A DNA stretch of 64,000 nucleotides from Tubulanus polymorphus (taxonomy: Eukaryota > Animalia > Nemertea), in assembly GCF_964204645.1 (NCBI RefSeq), contig NC_134026.1, forward strand, positions 16,402,150-16,466,149, read 5' to 3'. Position 1 is the first letter of the stretch. Every line of letters begins with the position of its first letter. Of the stretch, positions 13,198-24,368 are shown in pieces. The position numbers and the translations under genes were made by a program. The notes beneath the pieces were generated by a model, which was not told where the DNA came from, made no database searches, and saw only the letters and a list, made by a program, of their open reading frames with translations.

Positions 13198-13509
13198 GTA
13201 AGCTTTATATAATGTTACAGACCCGTCAACCAGATTTTTAAGGGGTGTACTTGCTTGGGAAAAAGGCCAACGTCATCAAAAAGCCTTGTCCTGTAAACAT
13301 ATGCCCTTTTCTACGTTTGTGATTGATAGGGACAACTAGGCCTAAATGAGCCCTTTCTACTTAGGGGTTGAAAATTTTCCGACTTGCACCAAGAGGGGGT
13401 TTAGACCCCCCTCCCCCTCCTACCCCTATGTTAGACTGGGTTCAACTCCAGAATAGGTCAATATAGTTCCGTTGTGGGGGGTTTTCTTTAATGAAGTGAG
13501 TGGTTCGGT

Positions 13510-14003
13510 TCCTGATTGTCGACCGATTCTACTCGTCGACAATGTCTACAAACCTGATTGTCGACCGATTGTACTCGTCGGCAATGTCTGCAATCCTGAT
13601 TGTCGACCGATTGTACTCGTCGACAATGTCTACAATCCTGATTGTGAAAATCAACTGATGGAGGTACACAGACCCTCGATCCCAGCCACTTTATATAAGA
13701 GTAATCTACGCACACACGCGGCCCCAACCACTTCATATAGGGGTAATCCACGCTCACACACGGCCCCACGACCCCAGCCACTTTATGTAAGGGTAATCTA
13801 CGCAAACACAGCCTTACACGCACAAATTGATTTACAGTCAATCAGGATTGTAGACATTGTCGACGAGTACAATCGGCCGACAATCAGATTGTAGACATTG
13901 TCGACGAGTATGATCAGCTGGCATTTAGGATTGTAGACATTGTCGACGAGTAAAATCGGTCGACAATCAGGATTGTAGACATTGTCGACGAGTACAATCG
14001 GTC
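13510..14003. repeat. Fold-back element built from inverted 39-bp minisatellite arms
   Basis: CCTGATTGTCGACCGATTGTACTCGTCGACAATGTCTACAAT about 3.5 times at 13510-13645, reverse complement about 4 times at 13839-14003; ~40-bp units in the spacer. Confidence 0.85.
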
Positions 14004-15344
14004 AAATGATTACTCCAAGGTTTAACAAAGCTATTTTCTGTCCTATTTTCGAGGAATGGTCGACTTCGGAAATCTGGAACAGAGCGAAAAAGTAACAAGC
14101 GAACTGTCAGTTTGGAATACCAAAACTGGAACTGATTTATTTTAACACACAAACTATTTATGTACATTGAGATACGAGACAGGTGGAAGCATGGAAAATG
14201 ATACAAAAACAAAGGTGACGAGTAGTGACATGACGGAGAGACAAACAACAATTAACGCATTAGGCACAAACAAACTCAAGAAACATAGAGCTATTACATG
14301 TAAACATTTAAACATTAAAGGAATATAGAATATAGATGAAATTATACAACAATTATCATGGACATTTAGTGTTGTTAAATCCTCCCCCACTACGTTCTAA
14401 AAGTTTCCGTCCCTGAAAAAAAAAGAAAATTATATAATACATCATTTAATAAGTATGAGTATACAATCTCTCAGCTATGGAATAGTTATGAATACACATT
14501 TGATAATTATCATAATGAACTAACAGTCAACAGTAATCACTCAATATCTAAACGCGTTCCTAACCAGATAATATTTCGTCTCTTCTTATCCCATAACTGG
14601 TGGAGGATCCCTAAATCACTCAAAGATTTCAAAGAATTGTTACATTCAATATCCAAAGTTTTCTTGCTTCTCGGGTCCCGATACGTAAAAGCTATTATGT
14701 TTAAATCGTATAAATTCCATATAGGCCTATCATCGAAAACTGATGAAAGAGGTTGCTGCCAAGTAACACTAAATTCAGCGTACTTTTGCGATATCGCATC
14801 TTGTACTCGAACTTAGTAGATTCGATTCGCTGGTTTTTTCGCAGCCATAATTTTCGGATGTACGCCTACACATTGAATACCGATATCCGCTACTGTTTTA
14901 TCGGTATTTTGAGATGATTTCATATCTTTATCACTGGCAGTACTAATACGCATCTTTAGCTTGTCTACTTTTGATTGTAATCCATATATCTCTTTCCGTT
15001 GTCCTTCTCTCCTTCCGTTGTTTTTTTCGCACTAATTTCCATAGCGATGTCACTTAAATCACTTGACACTTTCTCAAAATCTTTTCTGAGACAGTTCTCT
15101 CGCTCGGATGCAACTTCAAGAGAAATCAACTCACAATTTGTTTGGGTATCAGCATCTTTCGTAGAACAGACAGCCATGACAGCAGAATACGCGATCAACG
15201 GTTTACATAGAACACTAGCTGTACTGACCGTGGCAGAGGTTTCAGAAGTCTTCGATTCAGGGCGATCTTTTTCCAGTGCCCTTCTTTTAGTGATGAAATT
15301 TACAGGTTGAACTGCACTTAGAGCACTAAATTAAATGTTGATAA

Positions 15345-15513
15345 AACATTACTGGTTATTTTAGCACCAATCTTCGAAAATTGGCTGGAAAACCAACTGC
15401 TGCCAGCTTTAGGGGAGCCATCAGTAATAGTTATAGATCAGGCATCCTACCATCTCACTTGTATTAAATCCACCATGACGCCAAACAGAACATACAATAA
15501 ATAAGAAATTCAG
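15345..15513 (+). pseudogene. Tc1/IS630-like transposase exon containing the second catalytic Asp
   Basis: FENWLENQLLPALGEPSVIVIDQASYH...K*EIQ followed by the donor CAG/GTAAG at 15513/15514. Confidence 0.75.
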
Positions 15514-15544
15514 GTAAGCTATCTATTGATAGAGATTAGGGATC

Positions 15545-18500
15545 ATTATTAATTATAATAAGTTTATTTCTTCACTAAAGAGATACAATACAGAAATACA
15601 GTCATCACTATTACATAAAAGAAAAGTTACAGAAAGTACTTCTACACTGTAAAGCGTAGTAAAGAAAAAGGACGAAAAGGGACCCCAAAGGGGGGTATAC
15701 TTTTAATGAAAAAAAGCCTAATGCCCTGGCGGAATGGATGGACATGATGTTAAACACAAGTATGATAAGTATTAATACAATCCTATTATATGTCTTTTCA
15801 AATTCCGCTTGAACATATCGATGTTGGATGCTTGCTGAAGTTCAGTTGGAAGAGAATTCCAGACTCTAATACAATTAATGTTAGGAGAAAACACCCTGAT
15901 ATTGGTTCTGTAATAAGGTAAACGAAATTGATTAGAGTTACGGGTGTTGTGGGAATGAAGATCAGAAATACGAATTAAACTATTGGACAATTTGACAGGC
16001 AGCAACACATGGACAGATTTATACATCAGTACAGAATTTTGGAACACATTGATGTCTTGAAGTTTGAGTTGATACGACTTTTTGAACAGTGGAGTAGTGT
16101 GTTCTAGAAAATTTACCCCACTAGCAATGCGAATAGCGCGTTTTTGAAGCAAAATAAGGGGTCGTAAGCTAGTTACATAATTAGATGCCCAGACGATATT
16201 ACAGTACTGTAGATACGGAAGGATGAAACCGTTGAATAACTTGATGAGCGCGGATCTAGGAAAAATACGTCGTGCTTTGCTTAATACACCAATATTTCTG
16301 CTAACAATAGAGCACAGCTTGTTTATGTGGGAGTTCCATGTTAGGCTGTCGTCAATTATTACACCAAGGAATTTTGTTTCTCTGTTTCTAGTTATTGAAA
16401 CATTACCCATTACAAGGTCGATATCATCAAGAATATTGATCTTTTTATGGAAAAGCATATAATTCGTTTTCAACAGATTAGCAGATAGCCTATTGGAGTT
16501 TAGCCAGTTAAACAGTTTAGTGATCTCAACATTAGTATTTGATTGCAGTATATTCAGATCGGAATGAGAGTTAATGGCAGTCGTATCGTCAGCAAATAGT
16601 AAAAAGTTTAAATTACAAGAATAAACGATGTCATTAACAAACAAAATGAATAGCAAGGGCCCTAAGATGGAACCCTGAGGTACCCCTATAGGAATGGGAC
16701 TGACATCAGATAAATAGTTCTTGAACGACACTTGCTGTAAGCGGTTAGTGAGGTAGGATTTGAACCATGAATGAGCAACCCCTCGAATTCCGTAACTATA
16801 CAACTTGTCTAATAATATAGAATGATCAATAGTGTCAAATGCTTTTTTTTAAATCAAGCATGATACTAACAGTAAATTTTCCATTATCTAGATTCTCAGT
16901 GATGTAATTAGTAAATGCGATTAAAGCATGTGACGTGGAGAGACCTTTTCGAAAACCGAATTGGTTACATGAGAGAATATTGTGTTTATCAATAAAAGAA
17001 GATAACCTGTTGCTAACAGCTTTTTCAAAAAGTTTTGAAAATGCTGGTAAAAGTGAAATGGGGCGGTAATTGGACACATTATTTATAACACCGGATTTAT
17101 AAACAGGGACTACCCTAGCCATTTTGATACCCGAATGGACAATACCAGTAACAAATGAATTGTTAATTACATGCATTAACGGTTTGCAAATATGCTCGAT
17201 AGACTGTTTAAAAATAAACATAGGGATTTCATCCCATCCAGATGAAGTTTTGCCTATAAACTGTGAAACAATGTCATGAATTTCTATTTCAGTAACCGGA
17301 AACATAAAGAAATTATCAGATATGTTAGTCACATGTGTTTCCCTATTGGGTTCTGGTTGCGGTATATCGCTAGCAATAGAGGAGCCTATAGTACTAAAAT
17401 AATCATTAAATAGATTAGCAATAGCTTTACAATTATTTATAACAGTACCAGAGGAGTCTAATAAGGCAGATGGTAATTTTGGAGGGCCCTTCAAGGCTAA
17501 GGTCTTTTTAATGACGTTCCATGTATCCTTTACCTTGGATTTAGAAAAATCAATGCAAGAAGCGTAATACGAACGCTCTGCGAATCTGAGTAAGTGTTTA
17601 AGCTTATTATTATATATAGTATACTCAGATTTATCGTCAGAGTTACGAGATTTCAAATACTTTTTATAGAGGGAATTCTTACGTTTAATCGATATAAGAA
17701 GCCCTGGAGTTAGCCACTTATGGTTATTTTCCTTATTTCGAGCCGAGGGTTGTTCACACAATTTGAGGGGAAAGAAATGATCGAATAATTCTTTGTACAT
17801 AGATAAAAACACGGTATATGAAGACTCAGGATTAGGGTCACCAAGCACTGGATCCCAGTCAGTTTTTGAAAGCGCATCACAAAATAATAAAATAGATTTT
17901 TTAGGATAATGGCGCCTGAAAAAAGAGTCTCTAGTGGGTTGACAGGTAGTAATATCAGAAAATACGAAAACAGGCAAATGATCTGAAATGTCAAAGGTGA
18001 GTAAACCCGGTACATGTTTACTCAATGGTATGTCATTTGTGAAAATATTATCTATGACTGACTGAGAGTTTTCAGTTATTCGAGTGGGTTTATCATTTAG
18101 CGGGAGAAATGATAAGGAGCACATAGAATCAAAGAAATGTTGTACTCGGGAGTCTTCGTTATAGTCAAGGAGGTTTATATTGAAGTCACCCAGTATATAA
18201 AATTTACGATTACTAATCAAAGGCCAGGATTCAAGTTTATCAATAAATGATTGGTTAAAAGAGTTGATATCAGGACCCGTCCTGTATACAACGCCTACAA
18301 CTACATTCTTAATTTCAATGAATAAAGATTCATATACATTATTACAAACACATAAATCAGTAAGGATTTTATATTGAATGTTATTCTTTATATACAAACA
18401 GACACCACCACCATTGCTAAATGATCGGCTTTGAAATTCACAGTTATATCCGTCAAGGTGATATAGCGCATTATTGTTGTCATTTAACTTAGTCCACGTT

Positions 18501-20162
18501 TCAGTCACTGCTATAATATCGAATACATGACTTATAGATTTTAAGTTACTTTTTAATTGACTAAAGTTTTTATTAAGACTGCGAGAGTTAATATGAATTA
18601 AACTAAACTTTCGATTAATAGGGAGGAACTTTTCGTTGAAGTCAGCAGAGCAAAAGTACTGACTAGAAGAACAAGAAAATTCGGTATCTTCAGAAGTATC
18701 AAGTGCTATTTTTTTTTATTTAATACTGGCTTTTTTTACAGACTGGCTTACGCTGGGCGAGGGCGTAGACCTGTCACTACGATTTCGTTTTTTGCCTGAT
18801 TTCGCAGGAGTCACAAACGTGTCACCATCATCCTCTCTGGTGATTGATGATAAAAAGTTATCAAGAAGGGCGTTTTTTCCGCTACGAGAAATATGGATAC
18901 CCGAACTATCCGACATCGCGTAATACTGCTCGAGTACGGTGCCCTGTGGCTTGAAGACGCGGTTATTATCAATGAATGGTATTCCTTGTTGTTCGCATAG
19001 TCGCATAGTGTAGGAATTTACAGAGTTAATTACTTCGTTAATTTCATTTGATTTACTGCTATTTCCTCTCTTTGGGAGTATCGACGACACATGAATTTTA
19101 GCGTTTCGGAAGCGTTCCATTGTTTTAGCGATCGAGGTTGAGGTATTGACCTTCACCGAGTCGGGATCCTTTTTGTGCCTGTTTACATCGCACGTACCCA
19201 AATGGATAATTACGGTATCGATCTTGTCAGGGTCTAGGACTGGTTCGCATAGCGATATCAGGTGTTTCTCAAAGTTTTCAAAACCTCCACCAGGTGCACA
19301 GACGACATGGAAATCCTCACCAAACTGGATGTCTCTGATATTGGAGTCTCCGATTACTATTTTAGTTTTTTCTACATTTTCTATAGCAGGTTGCCTTTCA
19401 GTTTCAGTCATGTTGTCAGGTAACAAAATATTCGGATTTTCCGGGGGATTATGATCTGAACTATCGATCAGCACGGGGCAGTCGCGCTTGATGTGCTCGA
19501 CTGAACCGCAGTTAAAGCATTTGCGCGGTTCAATTCTAGGCGGTTTGAGAGCGCAATGATATGACGAGTGATCAGTGCCACCACAGTGCGTACAATTTGT
19601 ACGATTCTCATCACAGTATAATCTTATATTAAAATCTCCAAACTTTGTGTACGTGGGGATAACTTCAGACACATCACACAATTGCAAATATCGAGTCCCA
19701 GTAAATATTTCTGTCCCTTTGATTTTCCCACGTTTGATAGATCCAGCAATATAGGTCCCATATTTGCTCATGAATGAAACGATCGTTCTGTCATCGAGTT
19801 CGATTGGCGCATCAACCACCTTAATCGAAACTACGTTTTTTGTGACATCATGAAGGGAAATGTCTGTGTCTTTGATTATGAGAGGACCACTACACAGAGC
19901 TCTTTTCGAATCGGCATCTTTAACAGTTATTATGCACTGTTTCGGTGTCAGTTGAATAGCCAAAATGTTACTCACATCAATCCGAACATTTATTCCATTA
20001 ATAATATCCTGATGAGCCAGCTTTCCCCTATACTGGGATAAGTTAAAGGCTATAGATAAATCCCTGTTGATATTAGACATTGCTGCACTTATAATACACC
20101 GAAAATAAGATAAATTCTGAAGAGCACGGTCAGTGAACGTGTCCACTATCCGCCATTTTGTA
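15545..20162 (-). mobile_element. Full-length non-LTR retrotransposon (CR1/L2 group, Crack/Daphne-like)
   Basis: ORF1 plus APE-RT ORF2; 5' CAAAATGGCGG motif at about 20160; AATAAA and AT-rich tail at about 15545-15570; TSD not resolved. Confidence 0.88.
15772..18715 (-). CDS. LINE ORF2 (APE endonuclease + reverse transcriptase), one +1 frameshift at the A8 run 16843-16850
   Basis: HINSRSL, IAVTETW, GDFN, SDHLPV, NYRPISLL, DLKKAFD, GVPQGSILGPLLF, FADDT, LQKRAIR. Confidence 0.92.
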
Positions 20163-20182
20163 TTATGGATTGATGCATTCAT
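18716..20182 (-). CDS. LINE ORF1: RRM-like region + two CCHC zinc knuckles + SGNH esterase-like domain
   Basis: CTHCGGTDHSSYHC, CFNCGSVEHIKRDC; IVIGDSNI, HLGTCDV, SGIHIS. The true start is probably the internal Met of MSNINRDLS. Confidence 0.85.
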   Translation of the reverse strand: MNASIHNTKWRIVDTFTDRALQNLSYFRCIISAAMSNINRDLSIAFNLSQYRGKLAHQDIINGINVRIDVSNILAIQLTPKQCIITVKDADSKRALCSGPLIIKDTDISLHDVTKNVVSIKVVDAPIELDDRTIVSFMSKYGTYIAGSIKRGKIKGTEIFTGTRYLQLCDVSEVIPTYTKFGDFNIRLYCDENRTNCTHCGGTDHSSYHCALKPPRIEPRKCFNCGSVEHIKRDCPVLIDSSDHNPPENPNILLPDNMTETERQPAIENVEKTKIVIGDSNIRDIQFGEDFHVVCAPGGGFENFEKHLISLCEPVLDPDKIDTVIIHLGTCDVNRHKKDPDSVKVNTSTSIAKTMERFRNAKIHVSSILPKRGNSSKSNEINEVINSVNSYTMRLCEQQGIPFIDNNRVFKPQGTVLEQYYAMSDSSGIHISRSGKNALLDNFLSSITREDDGDTFVTPAKSGKKRNRSDRSTPSPSVSQSVKKASIK

Positions 20183-20805
20183 TTGTTACGTACATGTACG
20201 CGAATGTATATTAAGCATAACAGTAAACAATAGCACTGACCCCTCCCTAATGCGTACATAATAAATGATTGATCCTTTTTTTGCAGATTATGGTAAAAAT
20301 AATATCTTGTTTCTCATCGCCCTCAAATCCCACCCGTCGGAACTACCTTATAGTCCAAACTCAAAACTTTTCACAATCATAGGAAGTGTCATCAGCTTCT
20401 AATTTCGACATAAACTACACAGATATGAATTCCAGGATTTTTCGTCAACTGTGTTTCCTGTTTGTTAAGGTTAAATATCGATACATATGGTTAGCATATC
20501 ACACATCATTCTATTATATACACAATTCGCCTACCTAAGGCTATTTTGTTACTTAACTAATATTGCAAAATTGTAGTTCGTGACATGTTCTATGAATGTG
20601 GAGAGCTTAAGGTCCGTCTGCATCGGTTTGAGCTTCTTCTCTAGTGTAGATGGAGCATAGTAACTTGTACAGAAACGAAATGCATATATACGACAGCCCG
20701 CCAGGGTTAACACCAAACCACTTATGCTGGTGCACAGGGTAGAGGCTCATGCTGAGGCAGAATTTGATGTTTTAATCTAAGTCTAAGTTTGACTTTCAAT
20801 TTCAG

Positions 20806-21500
20806 GAATGGTTAGATCAACACGGGGCAAATTACGACAAATCAGCCGATAAACAATCTTAGATTGACATATGCAAAAATCTTCATGTGACCCGCAAGTA
20901 CACGAGTGAACACATTGTTAACTCCGCAGGACACGAACTCCTCATACTGCCAGTTAAACATTGCAAACACAAACCCATAGAATGGCTTGCAATCAAATGA
21001 AAGGATACGTCAAGAAAAATAACACTCCATTGAAAATGAAAGACGTCAAGAGACTAACCAGGGAAGGGTGGGATTTAATTACGAAAGAGACATGGACAAA
21101 CTATGAAAATCATGTGATAAAATTCGAATCAGGCTTGTGGAAATCAGATAAATAAACGGATAAATGAATTGAAAATCTTAAAAACATTGCACCGGTAATT
21201 GTAAATCAAAGTGGGGACTCTGGTGAAGATGCGAGTGAGAATATGAGTGAGGGCGAGATTGTGAGTGAGGATGAGAATGCGAGCGAGGATGAGAATGTGA
21301 GCGAGGATGAGAGTGAGAATGAATTTGATAGCGAGGGAGAGATTGATATTGATTTTTGTGCAGTTTGTGGTGAGAAGGATGACAGTGGAGAGGATGAGCA
21401 AGTCGAATGGGTTTCATGTGGCATGCGTGACATGTAGTTTCATGTTTCTTGCATTTCCAATCATTCAATTCAAAATTTCAAATGTTTGAAATGTACTGGA
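20806..21500 (+). pseudogene. Tc1/IS630-like transposase C-terminal exon + acidic tract + PHD-like finger
   Basis: Acceptor TTTCAG/GAA; EWLDQHG...GHELLILPVKHC..PIE-MACNQMKGYV; SEDE repeats; FCAVCGE...WVSC...FHVSC...FKCLKC; frameshifted. Confidence 0.75.
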
Positions 21501-23178
21501 ATATTACACCAATGAATGTATTTCTTAGAACAACAATCAATTTGGAAATGTATGTGTATCAGAAAATCTTAACCTAATTCAAATTCTTATATACAAATTA
21601 GATAGTGTTCTACAAAATCATATAAAATTAGAGAAAAGCTCAACAAAATTTTTGCTCCTCTTGAATTATGCTGGTGGCATTTAAGTCAGTAGACTCTACC
21701 CAAGTTGCATCGGATAAACTCGCATAACCGTTCAACTCCGTCGAATGATTTTCATTTTATTGGTATTTCGCAAATGATGTATTAAAAAGAAATCAAATTT
21801 CCCCAGGTATACCTCCTCCGTGATAAATGCAAGAACACAATCTTTAGGAGGGTTGCAGTCCAATAAGAATGGATGGTTCAGATGTATGGCAACTGGGTCA
21901 TTTTCAGGTCTGTTCCTAGAATATATGTATAGTGATCAAATATACAGACTCGCAATGATCAATCACAATTATCAACAACATTTCATTGTAAAAAATCAGC
22001 TTTTACTCAATTTGCAGGCCGCCCTAAAAACCGGTTATTCAGGTCAGTATTCTTATTTCAGTTCTTTCATCATTTATAAATTGGCATTTCAATGTCCGAT
22101 TACTTTATTTACAGATGTTGTTCAGAAATCCAAGTTGGGGATTCAGAATGACAGGTGGATCGATCGGTCCGGTGCCCTGTCCGACAGTGGGTATCCCCGT
22201 GGGAAAACCCGTTTACTATTTAAAGTAAAAATGAAGAAATTCTGCGTTTTTTGAAAATTCCGCGATTCGTCTTTCCGCGATATGACAACACCGTTTATAA
22301 GTAGGTCTAGTGTGAAACGGTCCCACTCAGCTGTTAGAATCGGGCGACCGAATATTGTAAAATAAAGGAAACGAAAACAAAGTTCCCCTGCTGTAAATTC
22401 CAGACCGGTTTATTTGCACTCATTGAAAAAAATAAACGAATTTAATATCTATTGAATAGCTTTTCGTTGTTATCCTTGGCTTGCTGCAAATGCGAGGAAT
22501 GATTGAATGTTGATTTCGTGGATAACCACAATACTTTGATCAATGTGACCACAATACGCTCAAGTTATCGAGGTCCCGGACTTAGATAATTTGTATCGAC
22601 CTATGTTCGTCCCCTAGCGACCTATTGAACTTCCAAAAATTAGAAGGAAGTTATTAGCTTGAAGAGGTACTCTGCTGGAAACAATTTTATTGAAATCGAA
22701 TCGTTGCCAGCTGCAGCGCGTCACTCCTATTGTTCATTGGCATTTTTGCGCAGGAAATCGGCGTTTTTACTCGTCTCTAGCTTTTTGTTGCAATGTTGCA
22801 CCCAAACATAAAGAAGAGTCAATCGATTCATACCTTCATGCATTTCAGACAGGTATTTTGGCGGTACATCTTAAGAATTGCAAACAGATGAAACTAGATA
22901 TAGACCAATGTATCCTTTCATTTGTATAATTTCCGTAGGACGATTAACCGTTCGTGCTGTGAACTAACTTCAAAAAGTTTAATTATTTTCGGGCCTTCAT
23001 ACAGGCTTTTCCAGTTGGATTTCAGTGCGCAAAAAACCCTTTTAGGCACGTAGCCTGATAAATTTACTGTTTCAATTAGGCTAGCTTTGTTTTCGAAAAA
23101 GGTCCCAGTAAAATTAATTTGGATGAAGAAAGAATGGGTGAAAATTAAATGCTTTTTACAGTTGATTATAAGACTGGA

Positions 23179-23660
23179 AGGATGGCTGATAAGTGCCATA
23201 GCGAAAAATTTCTGGTATGCAAATCAGGGCACCAGAACGCCAGAACGAAAAAAAAACGTCAAATTTTCCCTGAAAGTTCGTTTTGGATCCCATTTTGGCG
23301 CCCCCGCCAAAACAACGAAAAAACGTTCAATTTTCTCTGAAAGTTCGTTTTGACGCGCCAAAACAAAGATTGTTTCGTTTTTGCGCGGTTATTTCCGTTT
23401 TGGCGCCCCCACCAAAAGCATTCAACCACAGTAAAATTATTTTTCAATTTGGCGCGTTAATCCTGTGTGTAATTTGCATAGATTTGCATATATAGAATTA
23501 TTTTAAGTGGTTGAAAGTTCGTTTTGGCGCCGGAATAATCTTTGTTTTGGCGCGCCAAAATCAACTTTCAGAGAAAATTGGACGTTTTTTTCGTTTTGGC
23601 GTTCTGGCGCCCTGATTTGCATACCAGAAATTTTACGCTATGGCCCTTATCAGCCACCAT
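23179..23660. mobile_element. MITE with long TIRs (possibly hAT-like)
   Basis: TGGCTGATAAGTGCCATAGCGAAAAATTTCTGGTATGCAAATCAGGGC is inverted at 23610-23656; flanks AGACTGGA/AGACTGGC (7 of 8 identical). Confidence 0.75.
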
Positions 23661-24304
23661 AGACTGGCCATTCGCCCACTGGCCTTTCCACACGGACTAA
23701 TATCTTAAGCATACTATTAAATACATTGAAATGATAAATTATGTTAGTTATGCTATTTTATAGTTGCATACATAATATTCATACAATTCAATTTATTATA
23801 TTATTAATGAATTTTTAGCTTGTGTTTAAACATTAAAACGATTAGTACATTTATGACAACGTGGCCAGATCTGTCCACCTTGTACGATTAAACTTCGTTG
23901 ACGGAACATGAAGTATTCACAAGCAACAATTTTAGTGTGTACATCAGAATACACAGTGGTGATCAAACACGAATTACGACGAAACAAGATGTAGACTACA
24001 ACACAAAAGAGATTGGAATTAATGAACTCAAACATCTTAGTTTACAGGTAGGCCTACGCAGGGGAGCCTTTAAGGCCTAGCGAGCACCATCCTCCCTGGC
24101 AGGGGTTCGAACCAGATTGTATCGCTACACTCAGCCACGACACAAACACCTGCTACACTATATCGGGTACGCAGGTATATTCGCAGGTTTTGCCGCAAGG
24201 AAACTAGCGGCACCAATCAGACGCTCGTTTTGGCTGGGGAAACTTTAACAGATGAACTATAATGTGAAAGCCCGGGCTAAAATAAAACGGGATTTGATTG
24301 GGTA

Positions 24305-24368
24305 CGCCCGCCGCCCACGGCACCGAAAAAAAAAATTTCTTCAAATGTTTTGCCGTGTGCGGCGGGCT
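24305..24368. mobile_element. Very short MITE remnant related to 7554-7745
   Basis: GCCCGCCGCCCACGGCA / TGCCGTGTGCGGCGGGC. Confidence 0.45.

Noticed and set aside
13472-13894. 140-aa and 117-aa repeat ORFs
   Set aside because: Products of the 39-bp minisatellite
8810-21822. Possible TIR pair (ACGGAG...CC.GG.GAAA..TGATTT at 8810 and inverted near 21790-21822) bounding the Tc1-like gene
   Set aside because: Similarity is too patchy and there is no clean TA TSD; left unresolved
24070-24140. GGTTCGAACC B-box-like motifs here and at about 8473
   Set aside because: No cloverleaf; at most decayed SINE fragments, not tRNA genes
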